Position numbers and translations under genes: made by a program. Under the pieces are notes generated by a model. The model was not told where the DNA came from. It worked only from the letters and a program-made list of their open reading frames with translations, and searched no databases. From Gammaproteobacteria bacterium (GTDB lineage Bacteria; Pseudomonadota; Gammaproteobacteria; Arenicellales; Poriferihabitantaceae), in contig VYFG01000129.1 of the NCBI GenBank assembly GCA_009842505.1, positions 1,166 to 65,165 of the forward strand: a stretch of DNA of 64,000 bases. Reading direction: 5' to 3'. Below, piece by piece: positions 51,107 through 60,751 of the stretch; the stretch's first letter is position 1, and each line of letters starts with the position of its first letter.

Positions 51107-52492
51107 ATGACAATGAGAACTCATCTCGGAGCCAAGTTGCTTTTGCCCTCCACAGCGCTGTGCCTTGCCTTGCTGCCCGGGACCGTACTTGCCAGTGTTG
51201 GCGGTGAACCTGCATTCGTCTTCAACACCTTTTCATTCCTGATTTGGGGCGCGCTGGTGATGTGGATGTGCGCCGGCTTCACCATGCTTGAAGCAGGTTC
51301 GGTCCGTACCAAGAATGCATCGGTCATCTGTCTCAAGAACATCGGCCTGTACTCCATTGCGGGCATTTCGTACTACATCGTGGGGTACAACCTCATGTAT
51401 GTGGATGTCAATGATCTGGTCGGGACCCTCACCCTGTTCTACAACTCGACCCCGGAGGAAATCGCGCTCCTGACCGACGGATCCGAAAGCGCGGCCGCAT
51501 CGGTGGTGAGCGCCGGCTATTCGACCATGTCGGACTGGTTCTTCCAGATGGTATTCGTCGCGACCACGGCATCCATCGTGTCCGGAACGCTGGCCGAGAG
51601 GGTGAAGCTGTGGTCCTTCTTCGCATTCATACTGGTTCTCACCGCCTTCATTTACCCCATCATCGGCGCATGGACCTGGGGGGGAGGCTGGCTGAACCAG
51701 ATGGGCTTCAAGGATTTTGCCGGTTCCACCATCGTCCACTCCACCGGCGGCTGGGCCGCCCTGGCGGGCGCTCTGGTCATCGGCGCAAGGTCCGGCAAAT
51801 TCCGCAAGGACGGAACTGTAAAGCTCACACCGCCCTCCAATGTGCCCGCGGTCACGCTGGGCGTCTTTATCCTGTGGCTCGGCTGGTTTGGATTCAACGG
51901 CGGTTCCCAGCTTGCCCTCGGCAGTGCCGCGGATGCGGTGGCCATGAGCATTGTGCTCGCGAACACCAACCTGGCGGCAGCGGCCGGCGTGCTGGTGGCC
52001 GTCAGCGTTTCCCGGCCGATATTCGGGAGAGTGGACCTGTTGAGCGTCCTGAACGGGGCGATCGGCGGCCTGGTCGCGATCACAGCGGGACCGGACATGG
52101 TCAATCACATCTGGGCGATCCTGATCGGCGGCATTGGCGGCCTGGTGTGCACTGTCGGCATGCGGTTGCTTGAGCGATGGCGGATTGACGACGTGGTTGG
52201 CGCCATTCCGGCACACCTGTTCGCCGGGGTCTGGGGTACGCTCGCCGTCTGCATCGTGTCCGGCGGCAACTTCCTGACTCAGCTGATCGGGATCGTCGCC
52301 ATCGGCGCCTTTGTATTTGCCACTTCCTATCTCGTCTGGTTTGTCCTGAGCCGGACGCTGGGGTGCCGCGTATCCCCCACGGTGGAGGAATTGGGGCAGG
52401 ATACCGCGGAACTTGGCATCGAGGCCTACCCCGAATTCGTGGTAATGCCGGATATGGAGACTTCAGAGGACATGGAAAAAATCGATGATTGA
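51107..52492 (+). CDS. Ammonium transporter (second Amt paralogue, with signal peptide)
   Basis: 461 aa from the ATG at 51107. The signal peptide reads MTMRTHLGAKLLLPSTALCLALLPGTVLA. Amt signatures DFAGSTIVHSTGG and ...AIPAHLFAGVWG are present. No glnK is adjacent. Confidence 0.9.
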   Translation: MTMRTHLGAKLLLPSTALCLALLPGTVLASVGGEPAFVFNTFSFLIWGALVMWMCAGFTMLEAGSVRTKNASVICLKNIGLYSIAGISYYIVGYNLMYVDVNDLVGTLTLFYNSTPEEIALLTDGSESAAASVVSAGYSTMSDWFFQMVFVATTASIVSGTLAERVKLWSFFAFILVLTAFIYPIIGAWTWGGGWLNQMGFKDFAGSTIVHSTGGWAALAGALVIGARSGKFRKDGTVKLTPPSNVPAVTLGVFILWLGWFGFNGGSQLALGSAADAVAMSIVLANTNLAAAAGVLVAVSVSRPIFGRVDLLSVLNGAIGGLVAITAGPDMVNHIWAILIGGIGGLVCTVGMRLLERWRIDDVVGAIPAHLFAGVWGTLAVCIVSGGNFLTQLIGIVAIGAFVFATSYLVWFVLSRTLGCRVSPTVEELGQDTAELGIEAYPEFVVMPDMETSEDMEKIDD

Positions 52493-52561
52493 TATATAAT
52501 CCGCCTCTGAACGCCCTTCAGTGAGTTTCCTGTAATTCCCATTTACGAGAAAGCAACGATC

Positions 52562-52894
52562 ATGTTGGAAGTCGAGCACGAGCAGAACACCTTGATTTTG
52601 AAGATCTCCGGCCGGATTGACGGCAGCAACGCTGGAGACTTCCAGACAAAGGTTCAGGAGTCGATACCCCAGGATACCGGATCGGTTATTCTGGATATGA
52701 ATGATCTGATCTATATCAGCAGTGCCGGACTGCGTGTCATTTTATTGCTGGCCAAGAACCTCAGGAGCAAAAAGGGGAAACTCGCCATGTGTTCCGTGGC
52801 CGGACCGGTGAAGGACGTCTTCACGATCAGTGGTTTCAGTGCCATCATTCCCACCTATGACGACCGGCCCAGTGCCCTCAGCGCCATAGCCTAG
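52562..52894 (+). CDS. STAS-domain anti-sigma-factor antagonist (SpoIIAA/RsbV-like)
   Basis: 110 aa. The phosphorylatable-serine context is DLIYISSAGLRVILL and the C-terminal segment is VKDVFTISGF. Confidence 0.85.
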   Translation: MLEVEHEQNTLILKISGRIDGSNAGDFQTKVQESIPQDTGSVILDMNDLIYISSAGLRVILLLAKNLRSKKGKLAMCSVAGPVKDVFTISGFSAIIPTYDDRPSALSAIA

Positions 52895-53278
52895 CGCATC
52901 TCCCCACCCCCAGGGCATCAGCACTGAACCGCTCGCCTCTCTGCAAGGAAAACCAACCGAACCCCGATGTGCGATCAACTGGAGGCTCGCTGGGCAAAAT
53001 GCGGCTCTGGGGCTTGGCAGGCTGTAGTGCGTGCGGCTGGAATCCTGCACTGCCCGGGTACCGGAATCGGGAGGCTATCCGTTCAGTCCTGCCGCTGATG
53101 CGTGCGGCGGCAGGCGTGCCAGGTATCCTTGCTCCCTGCGAAAATGCCGACGCCACCCGTGTTGATCATCCGCCACGCAGGCCCCTGAACACCTCCGGAC
53201 ACCGTGGTCCGGCTTGTGCGGGACGGCCCGGCAAACAGTTTACCGGCATCATTGCACCATAGGCCCAGTATTATCCAC

Positions 53279-54757
53279 ATGAGCGATCGATTCTCATATC
53301 CCCAGGCGCTGTCACCCGAGGAATTCCGCCGTTTGGGTTCCCAGGTCATCGAAATCGCGGCACGGCACCTGGAGACCGTGGTGGAACTGCCGATTCGTCC
53401 GGTCCCCCCGGAAGAGGTCAAGCAGCAGTTGCTGGAGCAGCCGTTGCCCCGGGAGGGGCGGTCCCCTGCGGACATGCTTGCCTTTCTGGAGCAGAACCTG
53501 ATGCCATATGCGCGCGGCAATGGTCATCCGGGCTACATGGGCTGGGTGATCTCCCCCCCGGCCCACATGGCCATCTTGACGGATCTGCTGGGTGCTGCAA
53601 TCGATACGAATTGCGGCGGCGGCCATCCGGCCGCCACCTGGCTGGAAAGATGCGCAATCCGCTGGATCAAGGCGCTCCTTGGCTACGAGTCCCCTGACAG
53701 TCATGGCCTGCTGGTCTCCGGGGGGTCGATGGCGAACCTCAACGCCATTGCAGCAGCCCGGTACGCCGCTGCCCGGCGTGCGGGCTGGGACATCCGCCAA
53801 CAGGGCATGTGCGGGGGCCCGGACTTCGTCCTTTATGCTTCCCGCGAGACGCATTCCTGCATTACCAAGGCGGTGGAACTGATGGGAATGGGCCAGAAAG
53901 CCATCCGATTCATGGATACCGATGAACAGTACCGGATCGACCTTGATGCCCTTGAAACCGCGATTGCAGAGGATATCCGGGACGGACGGGTGCCTTTCTG
54001 TATTGTCGGCAATGCCGGCACGGCCAACACGGGCGCCGTGGACAATCTGGCGGCCCTGGCCGACATCTGCGAAAAACATGATATCTGGCTGCACGTGGAT
54101 GGCTCCTATGGAGCGTTTGGCGTGATGGACCCCCGCTGCGCGGACCTTTTCGCCGGCATGGACCGTGCGGATTCCATCGCACTGGACCCGCACAAGTGGC
54201 TTTCGACCCCGTTTGACTGCGGGTGCGTCCTGGTGCGGGACAGGCATATCCTCCGGGACTGCTTTTCCCTGATGTCACCACTCATCCGCCAGGTGGGCAT
54301 GGATACCGATGATCTTGGTGCACAGCATGAGTACGGACTTGAACTCAGCCGCTCATTCCGTGCACTCAAGGTCTGGTCGGTTCTGTCGCATGTCGGTGTG
54401 GAGGGATTCCGTGACACCATCAGCCGTCAGAACGCCATGGCAGCGGATCTTGCGGATTATGTTGAGCAGTCAGACGACCTTGAGCTTCTGGCACCCCCGG
54501 TCCTTTCGGTCGTGTGCTTCCGTTACGTGCCGCCGGCCCTGCATGCCGACGAGGAGCGTCTCAATGCCCTGAACAAAGATATCGTTGTGAAACTCCAGGC
54601 GGAAGGCCGGGTCTATCCCTCAAGCACGGAACTCGAGGGACGGTTTACCATACGGGCGAACATTTTCCACTATGCGGCCGACCGCAGTGATGTGGACACC
54701 CTGATCGAGGATGTGCGGCGATATGGCGGCGAACTGATGCAGGGCAGTACCCCGTAG
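53279..54757 (+). CDS. PLP-dependent group II amino-acid decarboxylase
   Basis: 492 aa from the ATG at 53279. HVDGSYGAF and the PLP-lysine motif ALDPHKWL are present. Substrate not inferable. Confidence 0.85.
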   Translation: MSDRFSYPQALSPEEFRRLGSQVIEIAARHLETVVELPIRPVPPEEVKQQLLEQPLPREGRSPADMLAFLEQNLMPYARGNGHPGYMGWVISPPAHMAILTDLLGAAIDTNCGGGHPAATWLERCAIRWIKALLGYESPDSHGLLVSGGSMANLNAIAAARYAAARRAGWDIRQQGMCGGPDFVLYASRETHSCITKAVELMGMGQKAIRFMDTDEQYRIDLDALETAIAEDIRDGRVPFCIVGNAGTANTGAVDNLAALADICEKHDIWLHVDGSYGAFGVMDPRCADLFAGMDRADSIALDPHKWLSTPFDCGCVLVRDRHILRDCFSLMSPLIRQVGMDTDDLGAQHEYGLELSRSFRALKVWSVLSHVGVEGFRDTISRQNAMAADLADYVEQSDDLELLAPPVLSVVCFRYVPPALHADEERLNALNKDIVVKLQAEGRVYPSSTELEGRFTIRANIFHYAADRSDVDTLIEDVRRYGGELMQGSTP

Positions 54758-54765
54758 ACCGGAAG

Positions 54766-54787
54766 CCGCCCGCCATGGGCGGTATTT
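54766..54787 (+). terminator. Hairpin after the decarboxylase gene
   Basis: CCGCCC-GCCAT-GGGCGG is followed by TATTT. It starts 9 nt after the stop. Confidence 0.4.
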
Positions 54788-54948
54788 CCACAACCCCTCC
54801 AGCGTGGACCGATCCCGGTTTCCGGCAAATGCATACCAGCCGTCTGTGCCCTGTGCCTGCCGGATGGAATCATCCCTTGTCCCTCCCCGGCATTGTTCCA
54901 CGATGCCGATGACAACTGCCCCGGCGCCAGGGGCCAGCACGTACCGGG

Positions 54949-55383
54949 CTATTGTTCCTTGGATTCCTGTACGAGCGTGACCCGGTTTATGCCGTCAATT
55001 CTCTGGTAGTTGTAGTCACTGGCGATTGTCTTGACGAAAAACACGCCAAGCCCGCCGATGTTCCGGTCATCGACATCGGCATCGATGTCGGGGACGGGAG
55101 CCTCTTCGAACGGATTGAATGGAGCCCCGTCATCTTCCATGACAACCGTCAGCGTTCCATCGTCAACATGCAGCATCACCCTGATCGCGTCATCCCTGTC
55201 ATCAAGTTCCCCATAGCTGATGGAATTGGTGATCAGTTCGTCGAGCGCCAGATTCGTATTGTAGATCCATTGCATTTCCCAGTCATGGGCTTCTCCGAAG
55301 GCCTCGATTTCATCGGCAATGCGAGAGATTTCAGTCAAATCATTGCGCAAGGCCAATGTAAGGGTTTGCTGGCCAGGCATCAC
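54949..55383 (-). CDS. RsbW/SpoIIAB-like anti-sigma-type serine kinase (HATPase_c_2)
   Basis: 144 aa. N-box ALDELITNSISYG and G-box GGLGVFFVK are present. Confidence 0.8.
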   Translation of the reverse strand: MMPGQQTLTLALRNDLTEISRIADEIEAFGEAHDWEMQWIYNTNLALDELITNSISYGELDDRDDAIRVMLHVDDGTLTVVMEDDGAPFNPFEEAPVPDIDADVDDRNIGGLGVFFVKTIASDYNYQRIDGINRVTLVQESKEQ

Positions 55384-55413
55384 ACTCGTCCCCCTTTTGC
55401 CATTACTCTTGAA

Positions 55414-57522
55414 TCAATCGGCTGAATAGTGCAGGACCACGCAGGTAATATCATCAAACTGCGGGGCATCGCCAACGAACTCCTCCACGGCGTCGATCAA
55501 TTGCTTGATATCCTCTTCCGGCGACTGCCCGGGATTCAGGGCATCGATCGTTTCCAGAGTTCTGTCATCCCCGAACGCCTCCCCTTCGCCGTTGAAGGCC
55601 TCGGGTATGCCATCGGTCATCATGATGATACGCGAACCGTCCTCCAGCAGGACAGTGGTCTCACTGTAAACCAGGTCGTCAATCAATGCCAGCACGGCTC
55701 CCTCTGTCTGTTCCAGTACACGGGTGCCTTTGCTGTCTGCAACAATCGGTGGGTTGTGCCCCCCGGTGGAATACGTCAGGGTTCCGTTTGCCTCATCCAG
55801 GATGCCGTAGAAAAGGGTCACGAACAACTGTTCGTCGTTGTTCTTCTCCAGGTAATCGTTCATGTATTCCAGCACGGCAGCCGGGGAGTCGATGTGAAAT
55901 ACGGTACTGCGCAGCAGGGTCCGGGCCATGACCATGAACAGGGCTGCCGGCACCCCCTTGCCCGAAACATCCGCAATGGCGACGCCGATCCGTTTCTCAT
56001 CAAGACGGAACAGGTCGAAAAAGTCGCCGCCGACCTCTTTCGCCGGGGTCATGTAGCCGGACGCGGGAAACGGTCCCGACAGTTCCAGGTCGTCGGGGAT
56101 CAGGGAAAGCTGGACGCGGGTCGCGATATCCAGTTCCTTCTGTATCGAGGCCAGGGCTTCCTTGGTGCGCAACGCCTCGCGCAGCCGGTCATGCTGATCC
56201 TGTACCCGGCCCGACATGTGCTGGAATGCAATGGCCATCATGGCCATGGAGTCGGGCGGTTTCGCGTCTTCTTCAGCGTCTTCCGAGAGATTGTGCAGGG
56301 CCCGCGCCTGCTGGTCGAAATCCGTCGGGGTTTCCTGGACAATGGACCGGAGTTTTTCCAGTTCGTGCAGCACCTTTTCACGCTCCTCGCCATCCAGGGT
56401 CTCCGACAGACCGGTCATTTCCCGAATGATGAACCGCTTCTGGCGCGCCTGCTGCCGCTCCCGGGAGCGCCGGAACCGGTTCAATGTCACCAGGTCGATA
56501 CGGAACCTGCTGATGGCGTTGGATATCTGACCGACCTCGTTGCCGTCGGATACCGAGTCCTCGATCTGCGCCTGCAGATCGCCCTTGGACAGGGCGTTGA
56601 GAACCCTGACACTTTCCGCCAACGGGGAAAATGCCCGGGACATGTAGTAGTTCAGGCCGATCAGCAGGACCAGCAGGAGGCCGCCGATCACGAACGCCGA
56701 GGGCGTGCTGATCGCCTGTTGCCGGGCGATCAGTCCGGTGATGTCCCTGACGATGACGATCCGTCCGAGAAGGCCGGAGAGCTCGGCGTTCTGCGGCAGC
56801 ACCGATACCGAGAAGTACTGGTCCTCCACCCTGATGGTCTGGAGCATGTCAATGTTCCGCAGGTCGATCTGCTTGCGCAGTTTGCCCCACAGCGTCCTGT
56901 CGGATGACGAAATCAATCGGCCACGCCGGTTTACAAAGACCACTGACGAATCCGTGACACGCTCCATTTCCTCAATGGCCATCAGCATGTCGGTGAAGAA
57001 AATCGCCATGCCGACCGGGATTTCCCGGCTGGAATACAACGGAAATCCGTACACGACTCCGGTATTTCTTTGCGCATCGTTACCGATACCCCGCGCCACG
57101 GTGCCGTCCTCGATATTCGTTTTCGCGATGCCTGATGCAATGGCCGGGGACTGGAACACGGTCGGCAGGGATGAAAAGGCCAGCGAGCCGTCCGCATAAA
57201 CCAGATCGAAACGCCCGATCGCCCCCTCTTCGTTGAGCCGCTCGAACATACCCCGGCCCAGGGACTGGATCGACGCGGTATCCTGGCGCCCGATGGCACC
57301 GATCAGTTCACTGTTGTCGGTGACCAGCATTTCGCTGGTCTCCATCTGCTGGATGATCTCGTTCTTGATCTTGTTCCACAGGCTGATCTGGTCGCTGACC
57401 GACTCCCGGGCGAACTGGTCCTTGATCAGTTCTTCCCGCTCAAGCCCGACAAATATGATGCTGGCGCAGATAACCCCGATTGTCAGGGTCACAAAGAAAC
57501 TTATTCGGTTGCGGAGCAGCAT
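55414..57522 (-). CDS. Membrane-bound PP2C (SpoIIE/RsbU-type) phosphatase with periplasmic sensor and HAMP domains
   Basis: 702 aa. TM1, an extracytoplasmic region of about 250 aa and TM2 are followed by HAMP (PLAESVRVLNALSKGDLQAQI...GNEVGQISNAISRF), a coiled coil and a PP2C core (IADVSGKGVPAALFM, MMTDGIPEA, DDITCVVL). Confidence 0.85.
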   Translation of the reverse strand: MLLRNRISFFVTLTIGVICASIIFVGLEREELIKDQFARESVSDQISLWNKIKNEIIQQMETSEMLVTDNSELIGAIGRQDTASIQSLGRGMFERLNEEGAIGRFDLVYADGSLAFSSLPTVFQSPAIASGIAKTNIEDGTVARGIGNDAQRNTGVVYGFPLYSSREIPVGMAIFFTDMLMAIEEMERVTDSSVVFVNRRGRLISSSDRTLWGKLRKQIDLRNIDMLQTIRVEDQYFSVSVLPQNAELSGLLGRIVIVRDITGLIARQQAISTPSAFVIGGLLLVLLIGLNYYMSRAFSPLAESVRVLNALSKGDLQAQIEDSVSDGNEVGQISNAISRFRIDLVTLNRFRRSRERQQARQKRFIIREMTGLSETLDGEEREKVLHELEKLRSIVQETPTDFDQQARALHNLSEDAEEDAKPPDSMAMMAIAFQHMSGRVQDQHDRLREALRTKEALASIQKELDIATRVQLSLIPDDLELSGPFPASGYMTPAKEVGGDFFDLFRLDEKRIGVAIADVSGKGVPAALFMVMARTLLRSTVFHIDSPAAVLEYMNDYLEKNNDEQLFVTLFYGILDEANGTLTYSTGGHNPPIVADSKGTRVLEQTEGAVLALIDDLVYSETTVLLEDGSRIIMMTDGIPEAFNGEGEAFGDDRTLETIDALNPGQSPEEDIKQLIDAVEEFVGDAPQFDDITCVVLHYSAD

Positions 57523-57551
57523 GGTTCAGCAGATCAATCCCGGACAGCCGT

Positions 57552-58595
57552 TTATTGCAGACCGCTGTCCTTGAAGTCGGCGATGGATATCATGTTCATG
57601 GGGGGATAGACCCCAAGGGCCTTCACGACATCAATGTTGACCCAAAACTTGAAGCGGCTGAGCTGGGCGATTGGCAGGTTTCTCGGGTTGATTCCGTCCA
57701 CCAGGATTTTTTCCGCCTGCAGGCCCGCCAGCTTGCCAAGCGTGTGATAGTTCGATACCAGGCCGAACATGCTGTGCGAACTCTTCAGCGTGACCTGCGT
57801 GGACGCGAAGACCGGCAGGCCCGCCTCGATCGCGGTCCTGGTGTACGTGACCCCGTGCCGGGTGAAGAAAGCGTCCGGACCGATGTAGAGCACATCCGCC
57901 CCCTCGGACTTCACCTGTCGGATCAGGTCCGGCAATGTATCCGGATCCGGTTTCCCGTCCTCGTTCAGGGGAACCGGCACGGGCAGGAATTCCATGCCCG
58001 ATTTTGGCACGGCTTCCTGAAGCTGTTCGATATTGATCCTGGAATTCCTGGCGGTCTTGTCGTATATGGCGGCCAGTTTCCGGAAGGGACGATAGGCCCG
58101 TATGACGTTGAGCTGCACATCCAGCGGTGCGAGAAACGAGACTCCCGAGACCATGCGGCCGGTACTTTCATAGCTTTTGATGATATTGGCCACCTGGGGA
58201 TATGCCACCAGCACGAAGATGGTCGGGATGTCGCGTATGAATTTTTCCGGCGTGTCCGTATCCGTACTGCCCACGATGCTCAAGGTCGCACCCGTGCCCC
58301 ATGTGTAGATCAGATCCGGTTTAGTCCGCCGAATCTCCTCGACGATCGGCGGGGCGTTTGCCCGGTCAAGTTCAAGACTGCGGACGGTCAGTTCATAGGG
58401 GATTCCCCGTTGGTTAAGATAGTCCCTGAACCCTGCCTCCACCTCGGTTTCCCCGCGCCAGACCACCGCGAAAATCCTGTAGGGCCGGCCATTTTCACCG
58501 CCGCCCGTTCCCTGGGCATAACCCGGAGCCGGCGCCACCAGCAGGATGGCCAGCAGCCCGGTGACGAGAGGCAGCAGCGTGCGCCGAAAATTCAT
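57552..58595 (-). CDS. Periplasmic ABC-type substrate-binding protein (ABC_sub_bind-like), no cognate permease/ATPase nearby
   Basis: 347 aa with signal peptide MNFRRTLLPLVTGLLAILLVAPAPGYAQ. It has an SBP-like alternating pattern. The family assignment is from memory. Its ATG overlaps the upstream stop (ATGA). Confidence 0.7.
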   Translation of the reverse strand: MNFRRTLLPLVTGLLAILLVAPAPGYAQGTGGGENGRPYRIFAVVWRGETEVEAGFRDYLNQRGIPYELTVRSLELDRANAPPIVEEIRRTKPDLIYTWGTGATLSIVGSTDTDTPEKFIRDIPTIFVLVAYPQVANIIKSYESTGRMVSGVSFLAPLDVQLNVIRAYRPFRKLAAIYDKTARNSRINIEQLQEAVPKSGMEFLPVPVPLNEDGKPDPDTLPDLIRQVKSEGADVLYIGPDAFFTRHGVTYTRTAIEAGLPVFASTQVTLKSSHSMFGLVSNYHTLGKLAGLQAEKILVDGINPRNLPIAQLSRFKFWVNIDVVKALGVYPPMNMISIADFKDSGLQ

Positions 58596-60751
58596 GCCGT
58601 GACTCCTCCCGGAACCCTGCGCCGGTCGGTATTGACGGCCACCAGGGTCAGCAGCACGGCGAGTATGACCAGGCCGCCAATGGTTGCCATCGCCCCGGGA
58701 TAGGACATCTGCTGCACCAACAAGGCGGCCAGCAGGGGCCCGATCACCAGGCCGATCCGGTCCACGAAACGGTATATGCTGATCGCGACCGGGATCTCGA
58801 TCTGGTTGCGATAGCCGTAGATGATCTGCTGCATGATGGCATAGAGCGGCGACATGACCAGGCAGTGTCCGGTGCCGACGGCGATGATCGCGATGAGCAC
58901 GGCACGGGATTCACCGCCCAGGAAACCGCTCGCCATTCCCGCAAACAGCCCCAGTCCACTCAGTGAAGCGCCCGCAACGGTGAAGGTGACATACCTTCTC
59001 GTATGGTCGGCCAGACGCGCGATGACGGGTGTGCCGACCACGATCAGCACCCCGTACAGCATCATCATCTGGCCGATCTCGGTATTGCTGTGGCCGAGAT
59101 GGTTCAGATACAGCGGGACCAGGAAAAACAGGAACGCGGAAAGCGTGGCCCTGGTCGGCACCGCCGTCAGCACGGTACCGATGAACCGGGCGTTCCCGAA
59201 CAGGATCTTCCACGGCTCAAGGCCGGTTGCCTTCGATTCCGGGGAGGGTATGGGCTTGACGTTCGACTCGGCGTCCAGATCCCTGAGCAGTTGGTACGCC
59301 ACCAGCCCGGAGACCACAGACAGGCCTGCCGAAATGAGAAACGTCATCTGCTGCCCCACATAGTCGGCGAACATCCCCCCCATGGAAGGACCGCACACGT
59401 AGCCCGCGAAAATGGCGCCCACGAACGCCGATGCACTGTACGCCCGGTTCGTTTCCTTGGCATACAGGGCCACCCAGGTTTCACAGGCATTGAATATCAG
59501 GCCGTAGCCAATACCGTTCAGACAGCGCCACAGGATCAGCTCGGTGTAGCTGTCGCTGAAATAGGTACCGCAATAACCGACGAACGCGCAGCAGATCCCG
59601 GCGAGAAAAAGCCGTGAACTGCCCAGGCGCTGGGTCAGCTTTCCGGCAAACAGGGTCGCGACAAAGATCGCCGCCATGAACAGGGTGATCGGCAGGCTGA
59701 TCATCACCTCATAGGAGAAAACCGGCTCGATCGGGATAAAGCTGCCCACGAAGAGCGGGAAGAAGGACCGGGACAGCTCCTCCGAGAAGATGAACAGGAA
59801 AAACGGAACGCGGATCAGGGATGGGGTCTTCTCGACGAGACCGAGCCGGTCCGAAAACCAGTATCGCCTGTTGGCCTGCGTTTTCAGCATGGCAATCTTC
59901 TGGCTGACCAACGGATCAATCTGCGCATCCCTGAGTTCCCGGAGTTCGAACTGGAAATCCAGATACCGCTGCTCCAGGTGGTACATCAGTCGATTGAGGT
60001 TGGAGACCATCAGGCCGATTTCATTCCGGGCCCTGAGAAACACCCGCTGGGTGAACTCTCCCTTCGAGCCCGCTTCAAGCACCTTCTGGATATGAGCCGT
60101 GGGATCCAGAATGCGCAGACTCATGAACATCATGAGAAATTCAAGGGTGATCACCATCGACACGATAATCACGGCGATGATCTCGTAGAGTACCGTGGCG
60201 AGTTGCCGCCGGACGTTGTCTCCGCTGACCCCCACATGCAGGGTGGCGTTCAGGTTGCCGTTCGAATAGATGGGGAACCCGCTGTCGAGATACTTGCCGA
60301 TATTCCCTGTCCAGTACGCCTGCGCGGGCGCACGAGGGTCGTAGGCGTTTTCCTTAAGCCGGCCCCGAAGATCCAGGGGCAGGTTGCGCTCGTACATGAC
60401 CCGGGAAGAACCGTCCACCAGCGCGAGGAACTGGATGTCCGTATTGGCATCCAGGATATGTCTGAAGTACTCGTCGACCCCGACCAGCTCACTCGGCGGT
60501 ATGCCGAGATCGTTGATGGCATAGGACAATTCGGAGGTCAGGGCCCGGCCCACAGCGATGGCCTTGCGGTTCAGTTCGGGCTTGAGGTCTTCCTCGAATC
60601 CCTGCAGGGCGATCCAGGATATGACAATCTGACTGACCAGCATGACGACTCCGCCCAATACCAGGAGCCGGAGAAAGAGCCCTCTTTGCTGGGCCGAAAC
60701 CTGCACACCGACCGAACCCTGCTTCGCTGCCCGGTCCGCGCTCACATTCAT
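58592..60751 (-). CDS. Fusion protein: TM - extracytoplasmic domain - TM - HAMP - 12-TM MFS transporter domain
   Basis: 719 aa. HAMP-like ILDPTAHIQKVLEAGSKGEFTQRVFLRARNEIGLMVSNLNRLM follows TM2. The C-terminal ~400 aa have an MFS-like TM pattern. Its ATG overlaps the upstream stop (ATGA). Confidence 0.7.
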   Translation of the reverse strand: MNVSADRAAKQGSVGVQVSAQQRGLFLRLLVLGGVVMLVSQIVISWIALQGFEEDLKPELNRKAIAVGRALTSELSYAINDLGIPPSELVGVDEYFRHILDANTDIQFLALVDGSSRVMYERNLPLDLRGRLKENAYDPRAPAQAYWTGNIGKYLDSGFPIYSNGNLNATLHVGVSGDNVRRQLATVLYEIIAVIIVSMVITLEFLMMFMSLRILDPTAHIQKVLEAGSKGEFTQRVFLRARNEIGLMVSNLNRLMYHLEQRYLDFQFELRELRDAQIDPLVSQKIAMLKTQANRRYWFSDRLGLVEKTPSLIRVPFFLFIFSEELSRSFFPLFVGSFIPIEPVFSYEVMISLPITLFMAAIFVATLFAGKLTQRLGSSRLFLAGICCAFVGYCGTYFSDSYTELILWRCLNGIGYGLIFNACETWVALYAKETNRAYSASAFVGAIFAGYVCGPSMGGMFADYVGQQMTFLISAGLSVVSGLVAYQLLRDLDAESNVKPIPSPESKATGLEPWKILFGNARFIGTVLTAVPTRATLSAFLFFLVPLYLNHLGHSNTEIGQMMMLYGVLIVVGTPVIARLADHTRRYVTFTVAGASLSGLGLFAGMASGFLGGESRAVLIAIIAVGTGHCLVMSPLYAIMQQIIYGYRNQIEIPVAISIYRFVDRIGLVIGPLLAALLVQQMSYPGAMATIGGLVILAVLLTLVAVNTDRRRVPGGVTA

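Noticed and set aside
53117-53133. Sigma-54-like TGCCAGGTATCCTTGCT in the decarboxylase leader
   Set aside because: The invariant -24 GG is replaced by GC, and the alternative GG has the wrong spacing to the GC.
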